A stretch of 61,542 nt of DNA, counting the filler, from Jimgerdemannia flammicorona (Eukaryota), in assembly GCA_003990765.1 (NCBI GenBank). It is 2 parts of 2 records of this genome, joined end to end, with 100 filler letters (N's around TTAATTAATTAA, not from the genome) between each part and the next. Parts side by side here need not be neighbours in the genome. Positions count along the whole stretch, not along the records: positions 30,823 to 61,542 come from RBNJ01000429.1; 1 more part is not named here. One strand, written 5' to 3'. The notes beneath the pieces are model-generated. The model had not been told where the DNA came from and did no database searches. It saw nothing but the letters and a program-made list of their open reading frames with translations. The translations under genes and the position numbers were made by a program. Within the stretch, counting starts at the first letter, position 1. Each line of letters begins with the position of its first letter. This document shows, one piece after another, positions 50,497-61,542 of the stretch.

Positions 50497-53006
50497 TTCT
50501 CAAGGAATGATAGAGTGATTTATAGAGTGAGAAGGCTGGGGGTACTGGTGCTGAGGACATTGAGCTTACTCTGGAGGGCTGGAATCTGCCCCTGGTAGAT
50601 GATATTGATCAGCTGTTCTGGCTGATTCAGGAGGAGGAGATTTAGTAGATCATTTCTACTACAAAGTCAGACATAGCCCCAGGTGAGGATAGGCTCTCTT
50701 GGGATTTCTGGAAGTAAATAGTGAGAGTCTCTAGAATTCTTGGAGAAATGGTAGTACTGTGTGATTATGTTCTCTTAACAGAGAGGTGGGTCAGCAAGCA
50801 GGATCTTGGCTTAGTGACCTTACTCTATAAGAACAAAGATAATAGAGAGGATTGGAGGAACTGGAGGCTGATCATGCTCCTGGATATGGATAGGAAGTTA
50901 GTTACCAAGATGATAGTGGTATGACTATAGTATATGGCCCAACAGGTGCTGAGTGAGGAATAGTGTGGCTTTATTGGAGATAATCTCATTCAAGATGGTA
51001 TAGTATAGATATATGGTATTATTGAAGGGACAAGGTTGAGTAGTCTGGATAGGAGACTAGTTTTTTTAGATTAAGAAAAGGCTTATGATTAGGTGTAGTA
51101 TGTTTGACTGAGTAAGGTGCTTGACAGAATTGAAGTCCCTCAACAATTTCGGACCTCTATAATTAGCTTACTGGAAGAGAGTGAGGTGGCTATCTTGTGC
51201 AATGGTCATAGGGGTACAACATTCACCCTAGGCAGAGGGGCCCCTCAAGGAGATCCATTGTCACCCATCCTCTATACTCTCTTATTGAAATCCCTTATAG
51301 ATAGGATATGGTAGAGGGTGGCAGGGTTGTCAGTATTCAGAGTCATTTGGAAGGTGGGTATCTTTGTTGATAATATAGTGGTGGGACTTAGCTCTATAGC
51401 TAATGTGGAGGTGTTGAAGGAGATAGTAAAGTAGTATGAGATATGTTCTAGTGTGAGGTTGAATTGGCATAAGTGTGAGATGATGGTGCAGGAGAATAGG
51501 ATGGTAAGAGGAGACATCATTGGAACAATTGTCCCAGCTAGTGAGGCTGTGCAGTACCTTGGCATTTATTTGTCAGTATATGGGTCTGTCCTGATCAGAG
51601 CCTAGTGAGAGAGTAGGGTCTTAAGTTGGAGTGAGGGGCTTCAGAGCTGGGGAGAGCACCACACCTCTCTGGCTGGCAGAGTGGCAATTCTGAATATCTA
51701 TTGGCTATCAAAAATATGGTACTTGATCTACTATCTGGATTTTCCTTCTTGGGTAGTGAGGTGGCTATTGAGATTGACTAAGAACTAGATCTGGACAGGG
51801 TGCCAGAGTCAAATTGGCTGGAGTACTCTTTCACTGCCAGTAAACTATAGAGGTTTTGGTCTGCTGGATTTCCTGAGGAAGCTTCATTGCATGAGAGCCT
51901 GGTGGCTGAGGAGGGCTATAGAACTGTGAGGGGACAGCTGGGTCCCTTTGATGCAGAAGGTGTGGGAGTTGAGGGTTTATCCAAGGGGCTCTATGGGAGA
52001 TCTTCTGTTATTGGTGGGCCTATAGAGTAGTGAGAGATTGCACTTCAAAGAATTCTGATGGAGGATTGCTGTGGGGGTGTACCACATTGGGTTGCAGTGG
52101 CAGAGCAATGAAAGAGAAGGACATTAGAGGCTGGTAATATAGTACTGAGATAGGCTCCTACTTGGGGGTTCCCCTCTTATTGATTTTGATATTAAGTATA
52201 GAGTAGAGTATCAGAGTGTCATGGGGTTGGATATGTGGCTAGTGGGTTGACAGAGTGTTAGTATAGGTGAGGAGTAGGATTGGGCTAGAGTTTGGTCCTA
52301 GAGTGCTGAGGTCAAGCTGTGGCTTTCTCCCAAGTTCTGAGTAGTATAGTGGTATATACTAAGGAGGAATATTATGCTGAACTTTCACTCTGGACATTTG
52401 GTTGAGGGTGGAGAGTTTGAGTGTGAGGATTGTCTTAATGTAGGGCAGGAAGGGGGTTTTGTACAGTTATCTGAACATTGGCTGGAGGAGTGTGAGGTAC
52501 CTGATGATTTCTGGATAGCTATAGAAAAGCAGCTGGGGGTCAGTAGGAGGGGAGATGAGATGAGGAGCTATTGGGAGAATTTGAAAGAGCAGCTTGTAGG
52601 GGGAGTAGAGAATGAGTGGCTTATATATGACTGGGCCTTGGTAATTTGGGTGAGGTTGGCTGGGCATTAGCTCTTTGTATTTGAGAATAGATAGTAGGTG
52701 AGTATTGTAGAGAGGTTGTTAAGATAAGATGAGCTGATAGAGGATCTCTTGACGAGCTAGTGGGTGGGCTGGGGGCCACAGGGTGGCTACTGCCAACAGC
52801 TTATTGAGGGGTATATGTAGAGAGTGGGGGTCAAATAGAGATGATGGAGGGCCAAGTAGTCTCTAAATAAGTAGGAGTTAGTGAGATCTCTCTTAGAGAG
52901 ATTGGGTAGTAGGATGGGTCAGATATTGTATCTTAATATGATATAGATGTGTTTTGATAATAAAGGAGTCCAAGAGACTATAAAAAAAAAAAAAAAAAAA
53001 AAAAAA
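50497..53006 (+). mobile_element. 5'-truncated L1-type LINE (C): RT to poly(A)
   Basis: GRGAPQGDPLSP, FVDN, LNWHKC, YLGIYL; conserved 3' motif and A25 tail at 52982-53006. Confidence 0.9.
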
Positions 53007-55750
53007 GAGTATAGAGAGATTGTGGATATTGAGTTTTGGGTCTAAGAAGGAACAGAGTTCAGAACAGGTGATGTGGATATCAGGGTGTGGCTAATAGATA
53101 AAAAGCAAGAGACTGGTCAGTAGTTCTCAAATAAAGACTGGTAGAGTACAAGGTCTCAAGAGTGAAAGAGATACTGGAGGAAGAAGAGGACTTGCTGGAG
53201 ATATCAAAGGATCTGACTGGAGCTATAGAGAGGAGAATATTGGTCTGAAAGAAGTTTGAGGCCAAGACAATAGTAGAGATCATGAATGGCAAGAAGGTGT
53301 GGCTAGATTGGGCAGTCAGAGAGAGGGTACAGAGGAGATATATTCAGAAGGATCTATTGGATAAGTTGGGAGAAGAAGCAGCTGGAGGGACTATTACAGA
53401 AGAAGCTAGATCAAGGGCAAGTGTCTGGGCAGGAGAGAAGGAAGTGGTACCAGAGGAGACCCCAGGAGGGAGAGGAGGCTCAGGGCTGAGTATTGTCATA
53501 GAGGATAAAGAGATGATAGAGAGAGAGTGCCCTCAGTATAGAGTATCAGATAAGGCTGAGAAGATGACAAACTGCAGGATATGCTGAAGGAGAATTGGGA
53601 TGAGTCAGTGAGAAGGAATGCAGAGAGTGGACAGATGGAAGGGAGGAAGAGAGTGGTCCAGAGAGTGGACAAGACTGTGGACAAAGAGAAATAGCTGTAA
53701 AAAATACTAGAGAATGTAGCAGCAGAGGAGCTGGGGGGGGAGAACTTTAGGATACTGAGGAAGAGATACTGGAGTGAAATTCTGTATAGTAAGAAGGTGC
53801 TATAGAAACTCTGGAATGAGATAATGGTAGCTTTGTTAAAGGCTGAGACATATCAAGTAGATGATGACAGAGAGACAGCACTTCTGACAATTATAAATAA
53901 TAGGACTATATATATATGTGGTCCAAGAAAGGGACTGAAAAAGTGGCAGATAGTATATAAGAAGTATCAGACAGAGATAGAAGCTGTGGATAGTGTGGAT
54001 TGTCAGGAGATCTTGAAGATATTAGAGGCTCAGCAGGGAGAGGCAGATGAGCTTGAGGAAGAGAGAAATTTAGATATTACTAGGGATATAGTGAGTATGG
54101 AATTGTAGAGTAGACAGCTGTTCTTCCAATAATATTATTCAATATAAACAGTACAACTAGAATCTTATCTTTGAATGTCAATAGGTTATGAGGAGCTATA
54201 AGATATAGAAATGTCTTTGGATGACTGAAGGAGATAAATGCAGATTTGTTCCTACTGCAGGATATTGGATATGATGGGAACTTGAATATCCTGAACAGGA
54301 CAAAGGAGTGGGGTGGGGTAGCTATTTGGTATAGATATGTAGGCATTCTGGTTAGGAAGAACAAGGGAGATATTAGAGATATTGGACATTAGGAGAGCAG
54401 AGTAGTGTGGAAAGTTTGGAAGTAATTAGGCTAGAGGCCCTTGATGGTTGAGTCATATTATTATCCAGCAGAAAGAGGGAAGAAAGTAGAATGGATTTGA
54501 GGGCTATGAGAGTCTAGAGTATTGATGAAGGTAGAGATTAACTATCTAGGGAGGGACTTTAATATGATATGAGATGGGAAGGTAGATAGGACTAATGGGA
54601 GAAGGGAGATGGCTAGTAAGAGTGGTGGGATAGAAGTCTGGAAGAAAGTTGAATATCTGAGTTTCTTAGTAGATGCTGGGAGACTTGGATGGGGGAATTG
54701 CAGAGTCTATACTTACTGGATAATAGAGTTAGACTCAAGGATTGACTGGATGTTGACTGCTGAATATTGGGGAGTCAATATCTGAAGATCTTTGAAAATG
54801 ATTTAGTGTCTGGGGCCTTCTGAGAGGGGGGAGTTTTGAGAGAAGTAGAGAGGGGCCTGGACATTGAAACCTAAATACCTTATTGCTTGAGAAGGCCTCC
54901 TTATGAGATATATAAGTAATAGACATTAGCTCTAGGATACTGAGATAGAGAGTGAAGAAATTGCCAATTAGAGATCACTGGAGATGGCTGAAATCAAATA
55001 CACAACAGTACTGGGGGAAGATAAGAAGAGTGTATGGTACTTAGAGAAGGAAGCAAATGAGGTGAGCCTTTCAGAGATTGGTGAGATTGTTAGAGATATG
55101 GGCAGGTCTGCTAAATGATAGTAAGGAGAGGGACTGAAGGATACAGCAGATTCAGTTGAAGGTGGAGGAGTTGAAGGGATTACTGAGACAGAAGAAAGAC
55201 CTATAGGTATAGAGCATGGCAGCTCAACTGAGATAACAGAGATTAGAGGAGGGGGAGAGGCCTATATAGTATTTGTCTCAACTTTTATAGGCAAGAAGAG
55301 TACAGTAGTAATGGGAGGGGGTATTGGATGAGGAAAAGAAGTTGGTTGTTGATACTCTAGAGATTTGGGACTAGTTGAGTATATAAAGTTAGTAATTGTA
55401 AAGTGAGGAGAAAGTGGGAGTACTAGACATTAACAGACACTTAGAGGACTGACACTCTGATCAGTAGCCAGCTTAAGTAACCTTGGGGCTACTGTCTAAG
55501 AGAAAGAGATTCAGTGGATACTGATGACAATGAGCTTAGAGATAGTACCAGGAGAGAATAGCTTATCATGGAGACTTTTAGAGAAAGATGGCAGGAGTTG
55601 AGCTGATTCTGGAGGAAATGACAGTAATGTGCAATGAAGTTATTAGCTCAGGGACATGGATTGGGGGATAGTGCTTGGGGTTTGTGGCTCTGTTGTTTAA
55701 GAATAAGGAGAGGAGAGAGGAGTAGAATAACTAGAGACTGATCATACTTA
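53007..55750 (+). mobile_element. L1-type LINE fragment (E): mid-ORF1, endonuclease, start of RT; interrupted by LINE D
   Basis: EYREIVDIEFW (ORF1), ILSLNVN, ADLFLLQD, GRDFN, SRIDWML; ends just after LLFKNK..RLIIL. Confidence 0.85.
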
Positions 55751-58700
55751 GGGGGGACTTCTTTTGCTTGAACCATTCAGAGAGAGCTAAGCCACACAGA
55801 CATCTTTCAGCGGAAGACAACACATTTGCAAGTTTTTATTTCGAACATACTGGTGTACATCATGCAGCGGGAGTCTATCTACAAGGCACATCAAGTTTCA
55901 GGGAGAACTGTCAAGTTTTGGTGATATGGCTAGTCAAGATTCCTCTAGCTCTGAGCATCTGGAGAGGAGGAGGCCCAGTCTGAGGATTCCCAGGAGCTTT
56001 GCGGCTGCTGCAGGGGCTGGAGTGGCTGCTGGGGGGGCAGGTGGGCAGGGGAGGACTGGTGGGACTGAAGCCTGGCATACAGTGGTTGGGAATAGGAGGG
56101 CTGTGACTAGGTCTATGGGGGTTAGACAGGGGGGATGTAGTGTTGACAGAGGGAGAGGTCAGGTGATGAGTCAGGTGATAGGTCAGGTGGCTGGCAGGAG
56201 ACAGGGGTCTGGTGGCGTGATGCTGGGGACTGGTTCTTCTGTGGCTGAGCAGGTGGCTGGGGAGAGGACTGCAGGTGGCGCAGCTGTACCGGGTGGGACA
56301 ACTACTGGTATTTCGGGGGCCAAAAGAAAGGTGCCTCTGGCAGCTGGGACAGGTGAGCTGGTAGTGAGGCCCTTCTTTCACAAATTGGTGTCGATATTGG
56401 CAATCTCAGCAAACTTCCTGGGATTGGTGATGTCAGCGAGGGAGGTTCTGAGACTGGTGGGAGAGGAGGTGGCTGGAGTAGAGTCTCTGAAGTTCATCCC
56501 TTTGGCGGAGGCTGTGGAGATTGGATTTGTGGAGGAGGAGGTGATGGTGAAGGCACTGGAGAAAGAGATGACAGTCAAGGGTATCCAGATTGGGATGGCG
56601 AGGTGTCTGAGGTGGGATCCACATACTGTTCAGCTGGTGGTAGAAGGACTGCCTACTCTGGGCAGGCAGGAGACCAAGGAGATGGTGGTAGAGGTGCTGG
56701 GTGGATATGGTGAGATGGTGGAATTCAGATTCATGTTCTGGGAGGGCACCAAGTTGAGGAATGGTAACTGCGAGGTGATGCTGCATTTGGAAGGCAAGGA
56801 GGCAACTGGGCTGGGCCACGATTGGCCTGAAGGGATTCGAATTGGGGGGCAGGAGTGCAAGGTGTGGAGGAGAAAGGGAGTGGAACAGGAGGAGGAAGAG
56901 TTAGTAATCACTCTGGAGGAGAGGGAGGCTGCCAAGGAGCTGTGAAAGAGAAAGTGGGAGGAGATGCAAAGGATTGGGTCTGGATCAAGGCAGATGGAAA
57001 GCAGAAGAGGTAGAGGAAAGGGAACTGGGAGCATCTACAGACAGCCCTTCAGGGGGCGGCAGTGGAAGAGGAGGTGAGAGTAGAGGTGGCCAAGAATCAG
57101 ATGGAAGAAGTGGAGGTAGTGGAGGTGTCCTTCTCCCAGATGGGTGGTGTAGAGGACTTGGCGCATGTACTGGTGAGAGGAAAGTGGGCAGATAGGGAGG
57201 AGGTTGGAGGAGGAGGCTTTGAGGTCGATACTGAGGTGGTGCCAGAAACTCAGGTGGAGGACACCCATATGGCTGGGGCAGTGAATGTGCATTGGGAGTG
57301 CCCTGAAGCTGGGGAGATAATTCATTTGGAGAAAGTGGTGGAGGAGGATGAGCTCATGGATGTGGTTTCTGATATATTGGCAGACAGAGAACAACTGCAA
57401 GAGTTGAGCAGGACCCCCAGGCCTTCAACTCCTGGGCCCCTGGTGATAATGGCAGAGAGTTGGTACCAGGCAGTGTTGGAGGAGCTGGCTGAGGAGGATA
57501 TCAAGGAAGTGGACGTGTTTCATAGATCTCAGGAGGCATGGGAAGGATTTCTCAAGGTAGTGATACAGGGGCCTAAGCTGGTGACAGCGATGGTAGCTGC
57601 CCTTCTGGATGATGAAGAATATGATATTGATGAGAGCAGAATGGCTGACATCAGGAAGGTGGTGACAGAAAGAGTGGACTTGTTCTGCAACAGTGAAAAT
57701 GGTGATCGAATCTGGAGGGCAATTTGTGAGGACCAGCGAGAGATTGTTAGAAGAAGGGCTGAGAAGGTGGTGGTGGTCCCAGCAGAGCTTTAAACAACTT
57801 CCTTAATGATGATGAACAATCTACATATTTTATTGATCAATGTCAATGGATTGCGGGACAGTGTCAAGAGACAGTGGCTTTTCAGATGACTTAAAGTCAG
57901 GAGGTATGATGTTATGTTTCTTCAGGATGTTCGGGCTTATGGCGAGTCAGACTATGAGATTTAGAGTAAAGAATGGTATGGTGGAGCAGGTTGGAATAGG
58001 CAGGTGGGCATCTTGATTGGTATAGGCAAAGGTGAGTTGGTGGAGGTAGAGAGCTTTTGCAACCGAATGATTTGGGGAAGATTAAAAGGCAGGGCAGGTG
58101 ATGGTTTGATGGTTGGATCAGTTTATCTCCCTGCAGTTGGCAGAGAGCAAAAGCAATGAGTTGAGGGATGGCAGGCATGGGATGGTCAGGAGGTAGTTGC
58201 TTTGGACATTTTGGGGGACTTCAATATAGTGTGTGATCGAGCACTGGACAGGTCTGATGGTGGAGCAGGAGTCGCAGTATCACATGGACTTTCTCAATGG
58301 CTTCAGGTGGAGTGAGACATGGGCTTGGTGGATGGTGTTCATCAGCAGCAAGGGGATGCAATGGGACCTTTCACCCAGTGGCACCCAGTTGGAATGACCT
58401 TGGTTGAGACATGAATAGACTGGGTGCTAGTGGCAGAGTGCTGGAATAATATACTGGATACTGCTGGGGTGTGCTGGTGCCCTTGGTCAGATCACTGGGT
58501 AGTGGAGGTTTGTGGGAGATTCTAAGTGACTGGCAGTAGTGGTGGATGCTGGCGCCTCAATGTGACCTTACTCAGAAGAAAGAAGGAGAGGGACAATTTT
58601 GTAATAGTCATAAAACAGGAAGTTAGGTGATGGTGGAGTGAAGGGCAGTTGATAGCAGAATGGTGGGGTAAATTCAAACATTTGGCTGGTGCTTACTGGC

Positions 58701-61542
58701 AAGATGTTGGAGAAGTGGCAGGAAAAGAACAGAAGGATAAAGAAAGGAGGGTGGAGAAGGGGCTGAGATGGCGATTGAAGCTCTTGGAAATGGGGAACTT
58801 GTCTGGGGAGGTTTGCCAACGTTTGGCATTGGAGATAGCAGAGTTGCAGGTAGATTTAAGATGTCGGAGACCAGGGTGGTGGATGGCCTACTGGCCAGGC
58901 TATGAGCTAGATGGTTGGAAGAAGGAGAGAGGTCAACGAGATATCTGTCTGGTATCTTGAAGGCCAGGAGAGTACAACATAGTTGGGCTTCGGTTTTGCG
59001 TGAAGATGGAGTAGAGGTCTCTGGGATTACTGACATGTTAGGGGAGATATCTGGCCAATGGTGAGCTCTTTGGCAGGATGGCAGGGAGCAGTCTGAGGGC
59101 ATGGAGTTTGAGGTGGATAGTGACAATATGGTGGACAGTTGGCCAGTGGCAGCAATACCTGAGATAGGGGAAGCAGTCATGAGGGAGATGTCCCTAGATG
59201 AAGTATTGGAAGTGCTGAGGAAGACACAGACTGGTTCGTCCCCAGGGGAGGATGGGTTGCCCTGGGAATTCTGGAAGGAGTTCAAGGCTGAGTTTGGTGA
59301 CTGGTTGGTAGGGATGGCTGATGCTGTTCTGAAGGAGGGCTGTTGGATAGGCAATGGCTCCTTGGGGCTAGTTTCTCTTCTATACAAGGAAAAGGGGGAT
59401 CGACAGGTGTGGCATAATTGGTGGCCTATCATGCTGCTGAATGTGGATAGAAAGTTGGTGTCAAAGATTCTGGCAGAAAGGATGCAGCAGTATATTGGTG
59501 CACTAGTTGGAGAGGAGCAGCATGACTTTATCAAGGGGAGACAGATCAGAGATAGTACTGCCTGGGTGCAGAATGTTTTAGAGAACTACAGGAGCTGACA
59601 GGTGGATGGCCAGATGGTCTTTCTGGATCAAGAAAAGGCCTATGATAGAGTGCAGTGGAGTTACCTAGAGGCTGTTCTGAGAAGGGCAGGATTTGGTATA
59701 GTAGAGGCAGGGCGTTTGATGGGCTTAGTACAGTGATGCAGAGCAGCAGTTATGATGAATGGATGGTGTGGACTGGAGTTTGCCTTGGGGCAAGGGGTAC
59801 TGCAGGGGGATCCTCTCTCCCTCCTTCTTTATGTGCTTTCTCTAGAGCCTCTGCTGGCATGGCTGAAGGGGTGGCTCTTGGGACTGAAGATGGGAGATGT
59901 GGTCTGACAGCTGGACACCTTTGTGGATGATATGGTGGTAGAGTTGGGTAGTCAGGAGGATGTAGAAGCCCTGGAAGAAGGGGTTGGACAGTATGAGAGG
60001 CTGGCAGGGGCGAAATTGAATTGGGGCAAGTGTGAGACAATGGAACTTGGTGCTGGCCTGGGGGGTTATAGACAATTTGGACAATTGGTAGCTATAGGGG
60101 GTGTGGTGCGATATCTGGATATCTGGTTCTTAGTATATGGGACAGTCCTGTCAAAGGAGTGGTGGTGTGGTTTAATTCAGAGGCTGGAAGGTATGCTGAC
60201 AGGTTGGTCAGGGAGAAGCTTCTCTTTGGTTGGCAGGATAGTGGTCTTGAATGTATACTGGCTACCCAAACTGTGGTATCTGGGTTATCATCTGGATTTC
60301 CCAGGGTGGGTGGTGCAGCGGTTGAAGAAGATTATTGAAGGGTGGTTATAGCAGGAGTGGTGTCCGCAGATTGGATGGGAGACTTTAGTGATGAGGACTT
60401 CAGATGGAGGCTTGGGGTTGGTGGATTTCAGATGCTGGCTAAAGGTGCTTCGGGGCTGGTGGGGGTGCCGAATGATGGAATTAGGTGATGGAAGTTGGGG
60501 CAGACTGGTCATGGACAATTGGGAGGTCTGGTTCTGCCCTCATGGTGAGGTTTGGAAGGATATGTGAGGCTTGCTTCAAGTTAGGAGTATGGGCCGACTG
60601 CAGTTTAAGGGGTTCTGGTGGGGTATTGTAGAGGCCTGGCTGGCCATGGAGTTGGTGCCCAGAGATTGAGGTGGATGAGAACCCTGAGCAGAGGTGGTGG
60701 CAACTGAGAGACCTTCGGGTTGGTGGCCACAGTCTGAAGGAGTACTCTCTGATTGAGACAATGGAGTAGATCAGATCTGGCCCTCTAGAGAGATGGCCAC
60801 CTGGGTGGCAGAGAGCTGGTATCAAAGAAGACTGGGAGTGGGCCAGAATTTGGAATTGGGGAGCCTCAGTACACAAGATGGTGCCACCCAAATACTGGGT
60901 GGTTTGGTGGCAATTCTTAAGGCGCAATGTGATGCTGAGCTATCGAACTGGCTGGATGGCAGTGGATGGCTGTCGGGACTGCGAGTGGTGTGATGAGATA
61001 GATGGAGGAGTGGTTCAGACACCAGAACATGTCCTGGGGGCCTGCCCAGGTGTGGAAGGATTTTGGCAGAGTTTGGAAGATTACTGGGGCTCCGAGAGAT
61101 ATAGGGCAGAGGATCTGACCAGTCTGGTGGTCAAGCGCTGGCTGGTAGGGGAAATTGGTGATATATGGGAGGGCCTTGGTTGAGTTTTGGGGGTCTGGGT
61201 CTTGATGGCAGTATATTGGCAGTGGATTTTTGAACAAGACCCATGGATGGGGATTGGGGAGATGGTGGAGTGGTGGAGGTGGCTTCTCCAGGAGGTGGTT
61301 CAGGGTTGGTGGTATCAGGGGAAGTGACTTCACCCAGGGGCCTTAAAGAAGGTGTAGGACATTGTACAGAGGAGTTGAGGGTATCTGGTTTTAGATGATC
61401 AAGGGGTGAGATAGAAGGAAGGAGTTGGTTGAAGTTGGTTGAAGGGTGCTTTTTATATATGTTAGGTGTTGTTAGCAGTGATTTGTGGTTAGTTGGTATT
61501 GTATTAGATAGTTCATAATAAAGGAGTCCAAGTGACTATAAA
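55751..61542 (+). mobile_element. Full-length degenerate L1-type LINE (D), divergent subfamily
   Basis: ORF1 55926-57793; ORF2 from ~57806 (INVNGL, FLQD, GDFN, SDH, LDQEKAYD, QGDPLSP, FVDD, CxxC..EH...C). 3' AATAAA motif at the window end. Confidence 0.9.

Overview
Eukaryotic, intron-rich DNA, most likely from an early-diverging fungus. The HxDLHxGN kinase, kelch-TM proteins and L1-type LINEs suggest Mucoromycota, possibly Endogonales; this is inference. The window joins two contigs with an artificial 100-nt spacer (44 N + TTAATTAATTAA + 44 N, 30723-30822). Left contig, 2.4-14.4 kb: a tandem array of four paralogous six-exon genes for signal peptide + kelch propeller + TM + Pro/Tyr-rich tail proteins. 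One is intact, one has a single frameshift just before the TM, and two are pseudogenes. Left contig, 14.4-30.7 kb: a nest of C-to-T-decayed retroelements (Ty1/copia, Ty3/gypsy fragment, two copies of a 1.4-kb ORF-containing LTR-like element, an L1-type LINE). Right contig: a second LINE, AT-rich TE relics, a minus-strand tyrosine-kinase-like kinase gene, and three more LINEs or LINE fragments. The kinase is followed by 32 tandem exon+intron cassettes, each exon encoding one 28-aa RI/NLRC3-type LRR (84 nt, phase 1-1), with the variable binding-face residues at the splice junction. This cassette-built kinase-LRR gene is the best candidate for an undescribed system, a possibly diversifiable fungal non-self receptor.
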